Source: an uncultured Treponema sp.
GTDB lineage: Bacteria; Spirochaetota; Spirochaetia; Treponematales; Treponemataceae
Length of the DNA: 39,687 nucleotides
Reading direction: 5' to 3'
Assembly (NCBI GenBank): GCA_946061765.1
Contig: CAMGTC010000001.1
Coordinates: forward strand, 1 to 39,687
Shown: in pieces, positions 9,033 to 19,996 of the stretch
Layout of the letters: the number at the start of each line of letters is the position of its first letter
How positions within the stretch are numbered: the first letter of the stretch is position 1
Made by a program: the position numbers and the translations under genes
Notes under the pieces: generated by a model
What the model saw: only the letters and a program-made list of their open reading frames with translations
What the model was told of the DNA's origin: nothing
Databases searched by the model: none

Positions 9033-10748
9033 TTAGTTTCTCTGAGCCTTAAAAGCATCTCCTACTGTAAATGAACCATTGTCAGAATCATCGCCTGAAT
9101 CCATATACTGAGAAATTTCATCACGCTGCTGTTTACGTTTAAATTCTTTTACAGAGAAAGCAACTTTTTCTTTTTCAACATTAACATCAATAACAAATAC
9201 GTTAATCTTATCACCAACATTGTATTTCTTTACGGCTTCCTCAAATGGAACTTCTTTATCATCGCTGAGGTTAGCCTTATTTACAAGACCTTCAATTCCA
9301 TTTGGAGCTTTTACGAATAAACCAAAGTCTGTGATAGATGTAATTTCACCTTCAAGTGTTGAACCTGGTCTGTATTCTTCTGCAAATGCCTTCCAAGGAT
9401 CAGCTGTGAGCTGTTTAAGACCAATTCTGATTTTGTGCTCTTCTGGATCACAATCCAAAATTACACCTTCAACTTCCTGTCCAACTGATAATTCACTTCC
9501 TGGGTGCTTAAGTTTCTTTGTCCAAGAAATATCATCAGCGTGTAAGAAAGCATCAATTCCATCTTCAAGAGCAACAAAAGCACCAGCATTAGTAAGTTTT
9601 ACAACTTTTCCAGAAACTTTTGTATCTACCGGATATTTTTCAATAATGGAATCCCAAGGATTTTCTGTAGCCTGTTTAAAACCAAGTGAAACACGACCAG
9701 CCTGAATATCATATCCAAGAATCATTGCTTCAACTTCCTGGCCAACCTGTACCATATCAGAAGGCTTATTGATTTTCTTTGTCCAAGAGAATTCACTAAT
9801 ATGTACAAGACCTTCAATTCCTTCTTCAAGTTCAAGGAAAGCGCCAAATTCAGTAAGTTTTGTAATTTTACCCTTTACAATATCATTTACATGATATTTT
9901 TCTTCAAAATGAATCCAAGGATCTTCTGTAAAGTGTTTCAAAGAAAGATTAATTCTCTTTTCAGCTGGATCAAGACGAATTACTTTAAGTTCAATTTCCT
10001 GACCTTTCTTTACAAAATCCTTAGGACGAGCTACATGACCCCAGCTCATATCATTAATGTGGAGAAGACCATCAAATCCACCCAAATCAATGAATGCACC
10101 AAAACTTGTAAAACTCTTTACTGTTCCTTTTACAGTATCGCCAATCTGTGTTGAAGCAAAGAAAGCATCACGTTTTGAGTTGATTTCTTCTTCAAGATAT
10201 TTACGACGATTTACAACAGGATTTAATTTACTATCTGAATATAAGCGTTCAATATAGAACTTAGATTTTAATCCTAACAATGATTCAGGTTTTTCAACTT
10301 TATCAGCATCAGCCTGACTGATTGGCAAGAAAGCAGTTTTTTCAATACCAATATTTACTTCATAACCGCTTTTTACAGCCTTTACAATAGTACCATCAAC
10401 AGGTGTCTTATCTTTCCATGCCTGCTGAACAACTTTAATGTATCGTTTTGAATCAGCTTTTTTCTTAGAAAGAATAGGACCATTCTTATCATGGCCTAAA
10501 AACAATGCCTGAACCTCATCCCCTTCTTTTGGCAGATCTTCTGCAAACTCCTTAGTAGGGATATATCCCTCAGACTTATCACCAATATCTACATAAACAT
10601 ATTCTTCTGTAACCTGAATAACTTTACCTGTTACTACGTCTCCTGTCTGTGCAGTATTGCCCATGTTTTTGAGGGTTTCCTCTAATTGTGTCTGGAAATC
10701 ACTCTTGGAGTTCTGAGTTGTTTCCTTTTCCACTTCCATGTTTCCCAT
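9033..10748 (-). CDS. rpsA: 30S ribosomal protein S1
   Basis: Repeated S1 domains (FGAFIDLGGFDGLLHI, FGAFLELEEGIEGLVHISE); downstream of cmk. Confidence 0.97.
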   Translation of the reverse strand: MGNMEVEKETTQNSKSDFQTQLEETLKNMGNTAQTGDVVTGKVIQVTEEYVYVDIGDKSEGYIPTKEFAEDLPKEGDEVQALFLGHDKNGPILSKKKADSKRYIKVVQQAWKDKTPVDGTIVKAVKSGYEVNIGIEKTAFLPISQADADKVEKPESLLGLKSKFYIERLYSDSKLNPVVNRRKYLEEEINSKRDAFFASTQIGDTVKGTVKSFTSFGAFIDLGGFDGLLHINDMSWGHVARPKDFVKKGQEIELKVIRLDPAEKRINLSLKHFTEDPWIHFEEKYHVNDIVKGKITKLTEFGAFLELEEGIEGLVHISEFSWTKKINKPSDMVQVGQEVEAMILGYDIQAGRVSLGFKQATENPWDSIIEKYPVDTKVSGKVVKLTNAGAFVALEDGIDAFLHADDISWTKKLKHPGSELSVGQEVEGVILDCDPEEHKIRIGLKQLTADPWKAFAEEYRPGSTLEGEITSITDFGLFVKAPNGIEGLVNKANLSDDKEVPFEEAVKKYNVGDKINVFVIDVNVEKEKVAFSVKEFKRKQQRDEISQYMDSGDDSDNGSFTVGDAFKAQRN

Positions 10749-10763
10749 TTTCTGACCTTTAAT

Positions 10764-11396
10764 TTATGAAATTTGTTTTAATATTATCTCACAAACCTTA
10801 TCTATCGTCAAGGTTGAAGTATCAATATACAAAGCATCTGGAGCTATCTTTAATGCCCCTTCTTTCTTGTTTTTATCCATTTCATCCCTTTCTTCAATAG
10901 ATTTTTTGATTTCTTCAAGAGATAAATTACTTACCCCCTGATCAAATCTTCGTTGTGCTCTAACTTGCGAACTTGCATCAAGATAAATCTTGTATTCTGC
11001 ATTTGGAAAAACTACCGTGGTCATATCACGGCCTTCACAAACAATATTCATAGATTTTGTTATTTCTCTCATCAAATCATTAACATAATGACGAATCGAA
11101 ATTAATGAACTCACCTGAGAAGTATTTGCTGTTACCCTGTCATCATGTAAATGAGCAGTAACATCTTTCCCATTAAGAATAAAATTACCTTCGTTTGTAT
11201 ATTCAATTTTCTGTTTTTTACAGAAATCTAAAGTTAGTTTTTCATTCTTAAAATCAATTTTATTATCCAAAATTGCCAGGGTTAATGTTCTATAAAAACC
11301 ACCTGAATTTAGAAAAGTAAGATTAAGTTTTTCAGCTAAAATTTTAGCAATTGTACTTTTTCCGGTTCCAGCTGGTCCATCAATTGCAATAATCAT
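10764..11396 (-). CDS. cmk: Cytidylate kinase
   Basis: MIIAIDGPAGTGKST, EGRDMTTVVFP; start moved to ATG 11396 with SD GAGGAG, because the longer ORF reads through a repeat. Confidence 0.95.
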   Translation of the reverse strand: MIIAIDGPAGTGKSTIAKILAEKLNLTFLNSGGFYRTLTLAILDNKIDFKNEKLTLDFCKKQKIEYTNEGNFILNGKDVTAHLHDDRVTANTSQVSSLISIRHYVNDLMREITKSMNIVCEGRDMTTVVFPNAEYKIYLDASSQVRAQRRFDQGVSNLSLEEIKKSIEERDEMDKNKKEGALKIAPDALYIDTSTLTIDKVCEIILKQIS

Positions 11397-11422
11397 AAAA
11401 CTTCTCCTCATCTTTATTTTTA

Positions 11423-11520
11423 GGAGGGGGAAGTCTCCCCCTGCGCTACAGTCTGACTCCTTACGTCGCCAGTCTTTCGCTACCCTCTCAGCGGGCTTCA
11501 AACGCCAGCCCGCAACGCCC
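11423..11520 (-). repeat. GC-rich multi-hairpin repeat overlapping the rluB 3' end; same family as 36082-36177
   Basis: Minus strand GGGCGTTGCGGG..CCCGCTGAGAGGGTAGCGAAA..GCGCAGGGGGAGACTTCCCC is collinear with the copy inside mnmE. Confidence 0.8.
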
Positions 11521-12277
11521 GCTTTTTACACAAATTCAATAAACCTGAAACTTCTGATGATGTCAAATCTCTACTATCACCTGGTTTCAAATCATCAAGA
11601 TTTACATTTCCGATTCTAACTCTAACAAGAGATTTTGTTCCAATATTTTGACTTTCCAATACTGTTCTAATCTCACGATTTTTTCCTTCAATCAAAACAA
11701 TACGAATTTTTCTTGGTTTTAGAATCTCACAACGTTGACATTTATAAAAAACATTTTCAACTCTAATACCTTTTTCAAAGTTTTTTGCAAAATCTTCACT
11801 AACATCCTGACTTGTTTCTACAATATATTCTTTTTCCAATTGACTTGAAGGATGAGATAATTTAGCGGCAAAATCACCGTCATTTGTAAAGAAAATCATT
11901 CCTTTACTGTACATATCAAGGCGGCCAACATTGTAAAGTCTTTCGCTATATTTTTCTTTTAACAAATCTACAGCAACTGCCCTGCCTTTTTCATCTTGTG
12001 AAGAACAGACAAATCCGGCAGGTTTATTTAATAGAACATAACGTTTTTTATTTTCCAGTTGAACTTTTTTACCGTCAAAGAAAACTTCGTCATCTTGTGT
12101 TACCTTTGTACCAAGTTCATAAACAACTTTACCGTTTACACTTACTCTGCCATCAGTAATTAATTTTTCAGAAGCTCTTCTACTTGCAATTCCACAGTGA
12201 GCTAAAAATGCCTGAAGTCTAATTGATTCTTTTTCTTTTGATTTTTCTGAATTATTCTTTTTATCTTGCGAGTACAA
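11498..12277 (-). CDS. rluB: rRNA pseudouridine synthase (RluB/RsuA family)
   Basis: S4 domain RLQAFLAHCGIASRR, LNKPAG, catalytic VGRLD, EGKNREIR; start uncertain (TTG 12277 with GAGG upstream, or TTG 12319). Confidence 0.9.
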   Translation of the reverse strand: MYSQDKKNNSEKSKEKESIRLQAFLAHCGIASRRASEKLITDGRVSVNGKVVYELGTKVTQDDEVFFDGKKVQLENKKRYVLLNKPAGFVCSSQDEKGRAVAVDLLKEKYSERLYNVGRLDMYSKGMIFFTNDGDFAAKLSHPSSQLEKEYIVETSQDVSEDFAKNFEKGIRVENVFYKCQRCEILKPRKIRIVLIEGKNREIRTVLESQNIGTKSLVRVRIGNVNLDDLKPGDSRDLTSSEVSGLLNLCKKRALRAGV

Positions 12278-12800
12278 ATCTTGCCTCTTCTTCTTCTTCG
12301 AGTTTTGGTAAATCCGCAATTGAATTGAGTCTGAATAATTTTAAGAATTCTTTTGTAGTGCCAAATAATGTTGGATGTCCAGGAACTTCTTTTTTTCCTA
12401 CTTCTTTTATCAGATTCTTTTCTATCAAAAGGCGAATCATATTATCAACACCAACACCACGTAATTTTTCTATCTCGGCTCTGGTAATTGGTTGAGAATA
12501 GGCAATAATTGCAAGAGTTTCCATAGCAGATTTGGAAAGTTTACCTTCCCGCTTTGAACCATAATACTCTTTTAAAACATCCCAATATTCTTTTTTAGGA
12601 ACTAAACAATAACCGCCAGTTATCATAGCAAGTTCAACCCCACAAGATGCTTCAGAATATTTACTTTTTAGGTTTTCTATGCACTGTTCAACAATTTCTT
12701 CTGAAAGCTGTGATTTTGACGACAAGGCTTTTACCGTCAAAGGTTCACTTTCCAGAAATAAAATTGCCTCACATAACGCTGATTCCTTTTCTAGTTCCAT
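12261..12800 (-). CDS. scpB: SMC-Scp complex subunit ScpB
   Basis: EAILF, LSKSAMETLAIIAYSQPITRAEIE, FGTTKEFL. Confidence 0.95.
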   Translation of the reverse strand: MELEKESALCEAILFLESEPLTVKALSSKSQLSEEIVEQCIENLKSKYSEASCGVELAMITGGYCLVPKKEYWDVLKEYYGSKREGKLSKSAMETLAIIAYSQPITRAEIEKLRGVGVDNMIRLLIEKNLIKEVGKKEVPGHPTLFGTTKEFLKLFRLNSIADLPKLEEEEEARFVLAR

Positions 12801-12814
12801 AATACAATCCCAAA

Positions 12815-13630
12815 CTAATTAGTTGTCAGTTCTTCATCTGAAGGTACATACCCAGCATTTTCGTCACTGACAGTAATTTTTATATCTCCAAAAAGTTTAT
12901 TTTGTTTAATCTTTATCATTCTAAATTTACAGGCTTCAAGGATTGCCATAAAAGCACAAACAACATCCATTGTATTTCCCTGATGAGTCAATAAATCAGT
13001 AAACAGACACTCTTTTTTTTCATCCAATAACTCATTCATAAGAGTGATTTTTTCGTTTACAGAAATTTCTTCATACATATCAATTATAGAAGCATCTGAG
13101 TACTTTTCCATAATTGATTTGAATACAGACTGCAACTGTTGAAGTAAATCCCAGGAGTCTATATCTTGCCACATATCGTCATTATCTTCAAATGGCAAAA
13201 CTCTTTCTATCTTTTTTCTTTCGAAATTCCAATCATTATCATCTTCCTGCTCTTCCATAAGGGCAGTCAATTTCTTAAATTTCTGATATTCAATAAGTTT
13301 ATCTACAAGTTCCTGCCTTGGATCTTCTTCATCCTCATCATCATAAGAAACTTCAACAGGAAGAAGCATACGACTTTTTATATAAATAAGCTTAGCTGCC
13401 CAGGTATAAAATTCAGATAAATCTCCCAGATCTGTTTGTACAGCATAATCAAGATATTCAAGATATTGTTCTGTAATCTGAGCGATTGGAATATCATAAA
13501 TATTTATTTTACTTTCATGAATTAAAGTCCAAAGCAAATCTAAAGGACCTTCAAATTCTCCTGCTTTATATTCTCTCTTCTTTTTAGTTTTTACAGAAAC
13601 TTCCGATACATTTTCTGCTACTTTTTCCAT
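12815..13630 (-). CDS. scpA: Segregation and condensation protein ScpA
   Basis: FEGPLDLL, IKSRMLLP, FMAILE motifs; ATG at 13630 preferred over GTG at 13642. Confidence 0.95.
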   Translation of the reverse strand: MEKVAENVSEVSVKTKKKREYKAGEFEGPLDLLWTLIHESKINIYDIPIAQITEQYLEYLDYAVQTDLGDLSEFYTWAAKLIYIKSRMLLPVEVSYDDEDEEDPRQELVDKLIEYQKFKKLTALMEEQEDDNDWNFERKKIERVLPFEDNDDMWQDIDSWDLLQQLQSVFKSIMEKYSDASIIDMYEEISVNEKITLMNELLDEKKECLFTDLLTHQGNTMDVVCAFMAILEACKFRMIKIKQNKLFGDIKITVSDENAGYVPSDEELTTN

Positions 13631-13632
13631 TT

Positions 13633-14157
13633 TTACCACCAAAAATCACAATATTTTTCAACATCTTTATCTGCATTTTTACAATGTAATTCTTCAAGAT
13701 ATTTTGAATATTTTTCTCTTAAATTTTTATCGGCAGTTTCTGAAAAAATCTCAAGTAATGGAATTAAAACAAATGCCCTCTCTTTTATTCTTGGATGAGG
13801 GATTTCCAAAATCGGGCTTTGGATAATTTTATCTCCGAAGATTTCAATATCGATATCAAGAGATCTGGGCCCAAACCTGATTTCCTTACTTCTGTCGCGT
13901 CCATATTTTGCTTCTATAGAATTAATAAATTTCAAGAAATCAAAAGGATCAACAGAATCTTCTATATTCAATGAACAGGCCATGTTATAAAAATCGTTTT
14001 GATTTTCTACATACATGGCCCTAGTTTTGTAAACAGAGGAAAAAGTGGCTTTACTTACTGCATTAGATAAGTCCTTACATGCTGATTTTAAAATCTCCAA
14101 TGAGGACATTCCATTAAAACTAACATTTGAACCTAAACCTAACACAACAAATTGCAT
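13633..14157 (-). CDS. folK: 2-amino-4-hydroxy-6-hydroxymethyldihydropteridine diphosphokinase
   Basis: LGLGSN, GPRSLDIDI, IPHPRIKERAFVLIPL. Confidence 0.95.
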   Translation of the reverse strand: MQFVVLGLGSNVSFNGMSSLEILKSACKDLSNAVSKATFSSVYKTRAMYVENQNDFYNMACSLNIEDSVDPFDFLKFINSIEAKYGRDRSKEIRFGPRSLDIDIEIFGDKIIQSPILEIPHPRIKERAFVLIPLLEIFSETADKNLREKYSKYLEELHCKNADKDVEKYCDFWW

Positions 14158-14177
14158 AATAACTCTAATTAAAACAA

Positions 14178-15356
14178 TTAAAACAAACCATCTGCAAGCG
14201 AAGCCCCAGTAGATTTATCATCTTTTACTTCAGCTTTTCCTTCTTCGGTAATTGTTACTGATTCATCAGCTGCAGCCTTTGCTTTTTTAGCCTTAACAGA
14301 AGTTTCTTCTGCAGTTGCAGTTTTTATACTCTGGCCAGGAAATACCAGTTCCCGGATTTTTTTCTCAATTTCCTTTGCAAGTTCAGGATTACTTTCAATA
14401 TAATTAACTACATTTTCTTTACCCTGACCTATCTTCTCTTCACCCATGTTATACCAGGCACCACGTTTATCGATAATACCATGTTTAACAGCAGAATCTA
14501 ACAAACTTGCAGAAGCCGATATACCTTTTCCAAAGTAAATATCAAGTTCACACTTTCTAAACGGAGGTGCAACTTTGTTCTTAACAATTTTTACTCTTAC
14601 ACGATTTCCAAGAGCATCGTCTTCACCTTTACCATCAATAGTTTCTATACGACGAATATCAAGTCTTACTGAAGAATAAAATTTCAAAGCCTGTCCACCT
14701 GTAGTTGTTTCAGGACTACCAAACATTACGCCAATCTTCATACGAATCTGGTTAATAAAAATAACAATACAATTTGATTTACCAATAATCGCAGTTAATT
14801 TTCTTAAAGCCTGACTCATAAGTCTTGCCTGCGCACCCATTACAGCATCACCCATATCCCCTTCAATTTCTTTCTGAGGAGTCAAAGCCGCAACAGAATC
14901 AACAACAATAATATCAACAGCTCCAGTTCTTACTAACTGTTCAGTAATCTGTAAAGCCTGTTCTCCAGTATCAGGCTGAGAAAGCCACAACTGGTCAATA
15001 TTAACACCAAGATTCTTAGCATAAGTTGGATCCAAAGCATGTTCAGCATCAACAAAAGCCGCAATTCCCCCCAGTTTCTGAGCTTCGGCAATTGCATGCA
15101 GAGCAAGTGTAGTTTTACCAGAACTTTCTGGTCCGAACATCTCAATTACACGTCCGCGTGGATATCCGCCAATTCCTAAAGCCTCATCAAGAAGAATAGA
15201 GCCCGAAGGAATAACATCAATTCCAGACATGTCAACAGCATCGCCCAGTTTCATGATTGAACCTTTACCAAACTGTTTTTCAATCTGAAGACGAGCAACT
15301 TCCAGCGCTTTTAATTTTTCAGCAGTTTCTTCTGCAGTAGCGTTTTCTTTTATCAT
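14178..15356 (-). CDS. recA: Recombinase RecA
   Basis: [34 protein letters not shown]. Confidence 0.99.
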   Translation of the reverse strand: MIKENATAEETAEKLKALEVARLQIEKQFGKGSIMKLGDAVDMSGIDVIPSGSILLDEALGIGGYPRGRVIEMFGPESSGKTTLALHAIAEAQKLGGIAAFVDAEHALDPTYAKNLGVNIDQLWLSQPDTGEQALQITEQLVRTGAVDIIVVDSVAALTPQKEIEGDMGDAVMGAQARLMSQALRKLTAIIGKSNCIVIFINQIRMKIGVMFGSPETTTGGQALKFYSSVRLDIRRIETIDGKGEDDALGNRVRVKIVKNKVAPPFRKCELDIYFGKGISASASLLDSAVKHGIIDKRGAWYNMGEEKIGQGKENVVNYIESNPELAKEIEKKIRELVFPGQSIKTATAEETSVKAKKAKAAADESVTITEEGKAEVKDDKSTGASLADGLF

Positions 15357-15439
15357 AATTAGCCACCTTCCTCCCTATAATATATATGGCCGAGATAAGA
15401 CTTTTTTGTCAAAAAAAAATCAAATTTTTTTTAATTTTT

Positions 15440-16534
15440 TTATTTATCATATACACTCTGGTAAACAGCTCTACCTTTTAAGAAGATAGAACCGTCTTCC
15501 ATACTTATTTTACCCAATATTCTGGCACTTTGCTCTCCGATTATACTAGGAACGGCATCAAATTTAACATTAACGCTTCCTTCATAATGTAAAAGAGAAT
15601 CATCTCCAACAAGTAAATCACAAGAAAAAGAATTGTCGGAATAAGTATTTGCATTTGAGATTTTTCCGCCCCAATCTACCCAGCAATCTAAATAAAGATA
15701 AGGATTATTCTTAACTTCAGAAAAAGTAGGGACATCTGTAATTGTATTAAAATTTGGAACTTCAAAATAAGTTGCCAACACCTGTGCCTTTTGTTTTATT
15801 GATAAAAGAGCATCTGAATTTAATATATAATTGACTTCTACCTGAGCAGCATTATCACGATTTTCCTGAAAATACTGAAGGGCATTATTATATTTTTTGT
15901 TAATTTCTTTATTTGTTAAAACATATCTAAAAGACTGAGTTGTTAAATCTTTTTCTTTAGCAGAATTTTTCTCTTCAGAAGTTAATTCAAGTTGAGATAA
16001 ATCAGCTCTACTTTGATTAATTTTTGGTTTTGCAGGAAAGATAAAAAGTGCCACAAAACAACCTACAAGGCAGGCAAAAAGAGGAAGAACAATTGCAGAA
16101 ACTTTATCTGGATTAACTCCAAGTTGTGGATAAAACTGTTCAATTCTGCCAGTGTCTACCCAACGGCAAATTTTATCATAATCTCCATGAGTTCTTATAA
16201 ATTCAATGGCTTCAATAGCTGTTTTATTTCCAGGTTCATTATCTTTTACTTCCAGATAATATTGCAAGGCCCTGTTGGTTTCACCGCGGCGAAGAAAAAT
16301 TGCAGCCTGCCCCAATAAAAGTCTAGTATCTACAAGTTTTATTTTACGGGCCTTTTGAAAATATGAAGATGCAGAACCAATATCTCCAGCATAAAGACAA
16401 GCTATTCCCAAAAGAAGATAATATTCAAAATTTTCTTCATAAATATCTGAACGGCTTTCCAATAGCTGAATAGCAGAGGCAAAATGACGTCTTTTCATTT
16501 CATGCCAAGCTATAGTCAGTGAATCCTTAGTCAT
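15440..16534 (-). CDS. TPR-containing membrane protein
   Basis: N-terminal TPR patterns (LLLGIACLYAGD, LLGQAAIFL) and one central TM helix. Confidence 0.8.
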   Translation of the reverse strand: MTKDSLTIAWHEMKRRHFASAIQLLESRSDIYEENFEYYLLLGIACLYAGDIGSASSYFQKARKIKLVDTRLLLGQAAIFLRRGETNRALQYYLEVKDNEPGNKTAIEAIEFIRTHGDYDKICRWVDTGRIEQFYPQLGVNPDKVSAIVLPLFACLVGCFVALFIFPAKPKINQSRADLSQLELTSEEKNSAKEKDLTTQSFRYVLTNKEINKKYNNALQYFQENRDNAAQVEVNYILNSDALLSIKQKAQVLATYFEVPNFNTITDVPTFSEVKNNPYLYLDCWVDWGGKISNANTYSDNSFSCDLLVGDDSLLHYEGSVNVKFDAVPSIIGEQSARILGKISMEDGSIFLKGRAVYQSVYDK

Positions 16535-16543
16535 ATTTACAAA

Positions 16544-18085
16544 TTACCTCAAAGATTCCAAGATTGCATCTAATTCTGCGTTTAATTTTAACAACTCTTC
16601 TCTATTTAGATTAGCATCATTTTCTTCAAGTGCCAAAATTTTATCTAAAAGTTTTTGAATATATTCTGGTGTTAATTGTTCTTGAGTTAAAGTTGAAACA
16701 TCAAATTTAACATTTGGAACAACTTTAGGTTCAAGATTTTCTTTTACTGGAAGAGACTTTATTTCTTCTACTTTCTTAGGCTCTTCTTGAATTTTCTCCT
16801 CAACTTTTGGAGTTGAAATAACTTCCTCTTTATTTTCAGGCTTAGGATTAACAGAAGCTGCTTCTACTACTGTTTTTGGAGTTGTAAGAGTGTTTACTTC
16901 TTTCTGAATTTTTACAGGCTGTACAGGTTCTGGATTTGCAGTAATAACTTCAACACTTGGAGCAAATCTTACAGGTTCTTTTGTTTCTTCTCCTATACTT
17001 TCTGTTACTTTCTTTGTAAGTTCCTCAGAAGGCTCCTTCTTAAGAGTTGCAGGTTTATTCATTATGTAAGTATATCCTAAAGGTCTTTTTTCACCTTCAG
17101 AGAATGCAAGATAGAAAGTGTCAGATTTTTTACCGTTTACACCAATAGTTTTTTCTGGCCAGATAATTCCCACAGCAGAGTTGTTATAAGATAAAACTGT
17201 ATCAAAAGAACGGTAAGAAAGCATTTCTGGTTCCCATGTATTTTGATTAAGAGTTGAATAATTTGCCAGAGAAACAGAATCTATTGGACTAATATCTGCA
17301 CCATCTAAGAGAATCTGCATAGAAGCATAAGAATTTTTAGAAATAAAATATTTTTCATTCTTCATAGTTCTATACATTACTTCGCTTTGAATAGGAACAT
17401 CTTCTCTTGAATAAAAATGATAACGGTTAGTTTCGCCCAAAACAGTATCAAGAATTAGTTTTTGAGCAAAAGTAGCTTTTTTTGTACTACGATTAACAAC
17501 TGTAGAGGTAATTTTTACCATATCAATGCCGTTTCCTGGCGCAGATTCCAAACAATTCAAAGAAAGAAAAACATCAGCCACCTTATCAATGCTGTATGAT
17601 AATTCAATTCCATTTTCAACTTTACGGGCAGCTGTTTTGATATTTAATTCAGCACCCAGTTTATATGCTTTTTTATTTGATTTTAGATAAAAACCAGAAG
17701 TAGTAAATTCATTTGCTGTTGAAAGAACTGGAATTGTTTTTCCTTCTTCGGTAACTACAGAAATATTAAAAGTTCCAAGTTTTGGTCTAACTCTTAACTG
17801 AACAATTCCACTCTGGAAATTAATATCTTTACCAGAAGTATCTATCCAGCCGGCATAATTCTTCTTTGCATTAGCAGAATTCTTTGATTTTTTTGATTTT
17901 TTGGTTTTCTTTTCCTTTATTGCAGACTGATTTTCATCTTCAGTTTTTTCACTTTCCGAAGTTTCTGTAGCCTCTACCTGAATCTGTTCAGCAGTTTCTT
18001 CTGCAAACAATGGAGTAACAAAAGCAAATAATCCTAAAATTAAAGGTAAAAATTTATTTTTTTTAATCAATTTAGCCATCATCAA
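16544..18085 (-). CDS. Exported hypothetical protein with a Pro/Glu/Lys-rich linker
   Basis: Signal peptide ending PLFA; long ORF in an operon-like context. Confidence 0.75.
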   Translation of the reverse strand: MMMAKLIKKNKFLPLILGLFAFVTPLFAEETAEQIQVEATETSESEKTEDENQSAIKEKKTKKSKKSKNSANAKKNYAGWIDTSGKDINFQSGIVQLRVRPKLGTFNISVVTEEGKTIPVLSTANEFTTSGFYLKSNKKAYKLGAELNIKTAARKVENGIELSYSIDKVADVFLSLNCLESAPGNGIDMVKITSTVVNRSTKKATFAQKLILDTVLGETNRYHFYSREDVPIQSEVMYRTMKNEKYFISKNSYASMQILLDGADISPIDSVSLANYSTLNQNTWEPEMLSYRSFDTVLSYNNSAVGIIWPEKTIGVNGKKSDTFYLAFSEGEKRPLGYTYIMNKPATLKKEPSEELTKKVTESIGEETKEPVRFAPSVEVITANPEPVQPVKIQKEVNTLTTPKTVVEAASVNPKPENKEEVISTPKVEEKIQEEPKKVEEIKSLPVKENLEPKVVPNVKFDVSTLTQEQLTPEYIQKLLDKILALEENDANLNREELLKLNAELDAILESLR

Positions 18086-18140
18086 AATCCCCCCGGATAA
18101 AAATCCAGTTTTTTACTTAATCACACTTATTAAAAAGAAC

Positions 18141-19172
18141 TTACTGAGCAATTGAAGTGTCAAGTTTTTCTTCCATACGTCTTTGAACTTCAAGCACTTT
18201 TAACTTCAAAAGCCTTAATTCATCTTTTACCTCAGATGATTCTTTGCCAGTTAAAACCGTAGCTTCCTGTTCTATTTTCTCCTGCTGATTTTCCTGAGCC
18301 TGACGAGCTTCCTCTGCAGCCGCTACTTCGGTTCTTAAATCAGCAATTTCTTTTTCCAATGCCTTTATCTGATTTTCAAGCTCTTCATTTTTCTGCTGAG
18401 CTTCACTTAATTTTTGACGAGTTGAAGAAATAGACTCTGCATTATAAAGTCTTAACTGTTTTTCATAATCTTCTTTTGCAGACAAATATTCTTCGCCTGT
18501 CTGTTTTAACAAATAAAGAAGTTTTTCTTCCCGAGTTCTTTGAGCAATTGACTCTAATCTATACTGAGAAGGTCCAACTCTATCTGAATCTGGATATTCA
18601 GAAACAATTCTTTCGTATAAGGCAGCAGATTCTTCGTACTTATAGGCAGAATATAAAGATTCAGCAATATAATATAAAGCATAAGGATACATTTCATCAT
18701 TTTGATACTGATGACAATAATCACTTAAAACAATAATTGCCATCTCATAATCCTTAAGACTATATAAAATTCTACCCTTAAAATAATGAATTCTTGAATT
18801 ATAAATTGAGTCAGGAAATCTTTCTAAAAATGAATTACAGTCGTTTAAAGCACTCTTGTAATCTGAATTATACATTTCTGCAGAAATAAGCATATAATAG
18901 GCATCAGGATCTTCATTTTCACCATAAGCAATAGCTTTTCTCAAAGAAAAAACAGCGTTTTCCCACTCCCCCTTCGAATAAGCCTGGCAACCTTCAACAA
19001 AAGCCAGCACTGCATTAGAAGAATACGTCCGGTCAAGACTCGCTTCGCTCAAGGCCTTAACTCGCTCGTTTTCAGGGGTTGTATTAACCTCTGAATCAGA
19101 AGCAAAGCATGGAAAAACCTGAGTAAAAAGAAGTATCAGTAAAAATAAATTCTTATTTAATTTTCTTTTCAT
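18141..19172 (-). CDS. Exported TPR protein (BamD/CpoB-like repeats) with C-terminal coiled coil
   Basis: Signal peptide; FLERFPDS and IVSEYPDS TPR turns; heptad-rich C-terminus. Confidence 0.8.
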   Translation of the reverse strand: MKRKLNKNLFLLILLFTQVFPCFASDSEVNTTPENERVKALSEASLDRTYSSNAVLAFVEGCQAYSKGEWENAVFSLRKAIAYGENEDPDAYYMLISAEMYNSDYKSALNDCNSFLERFPDSIYNSRIHYFKGRILYSLKDYEMAIIVLSDYCHQYQNDEMYPYALYYIAESLYSAYKYEESAALYERIVSEYPDSDRVGPSQYRLESIAQRTREEKLLYLLKQTGEEYLSAKEDYEKQLRLYNAESISSTRQKLSEAQQKNEELENQIKALEKEIADLRTEVAAAEEARQAQENQQEKIEQEATVLTGKESSEVKDELRLLKLKVLEVQRRMEEKLDTSIAQ

Positions 19173-19214
19173 TACAACTCCAAATTAAAGACAAACCTTT
19201 AAGGAAACTAAATC

Positions 19215-19847
19215 TTACGCCAGATAATTTAAGCTTCCGTTAAAAAAAGATGAACCGGAAACAAAAATATCAACTCCAGCATCAAGTGCAAGCCCCAGAG
19301 TTTCGTTATTTATTCCACCATCTACTGAAATTTTAAAAGAATAACCTTTCTGTTCACGAAGAAGTACAAGTTCTTTTACCTTTTCTATACACGAAGGAAT
19401 CAGTTTTTGACCTCCAAACCCCGGATTAACTGTCATCACCAATATAATATCGGCATATTCCAGTATTTCAGATATAGCAGAAACTGGGGTTGACGGAACA
19501 ATCGCCACTCCAGCCTTTTTTCCAAGTTCATGAATCTGTTGAATTACCCTGTGTACATGAACTGTAGATTCCCAGTGAAAAGTTATCCAATCTGCACCGG
19601 CTTGAGCAAAGCTTTTTATCTGCTCTTCCGGATGCTCAACCATAAGATGAACATCAAAAGGTAAATCTGTAAGTTTTCTAATAGATCTGATTACAGGCTG
19701 ACCATAAGTAATTTCTGGCACAAAACGACCGTCCATTACATCAATGTGAACAACCTTTCCATTTTTATCTTCAATTAATTTTATAGCTTTACTTAAATCG
19801 GAAAAATCTGCCGAAAGCAAAGATGGAGCCAATAAAGGATTTTTCAT
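19215..19847 (-). CDS. rpe: Ribulose-phosphate 3-epimerase
   Basis: APSLLSADF, HIDVMDG, DVHLM, MTVNPGFGGQ, VDGGIN. Confidence 0.97.
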   Translation of the reverse strand: MKNPLLAPSLLSADFSDLSKAIKLIEDKNGKVVHIDVMDGRFVPEITYGQPVIRSIRKLTDLPFDVHLMVEHPEEQIKSFAQAGADWITFHWESTVHVHRVIQQIHELGKKAGVAIVPSTPVSAISEILEYADIILVMTVNPGFGGQKLIPSCIEKVKELVLLREQKGYSFKISVDGGINNETLGLALDAGVDIFVSGSSFFNGSLNYLA

Positions 19848-19996
19848 TTGGTTAATATTTTAACAGATATAATGTGTTTTTACAATAATATAGAACACTA
19901 TAACAAATAAAGAATAATACAATTGATTTTTACAAACTTCTTTTTGTTCTAATCTAAAAATCTCAGCTCTAAATTATACAAGACAAAATCCCTTAC

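Noticed and set aside
11397-11501. N-terminal extension of Cmk in the ORF track
   Set aside because: It is a translation of the palindromic repeat; a canonical start with SD exists at 11396.
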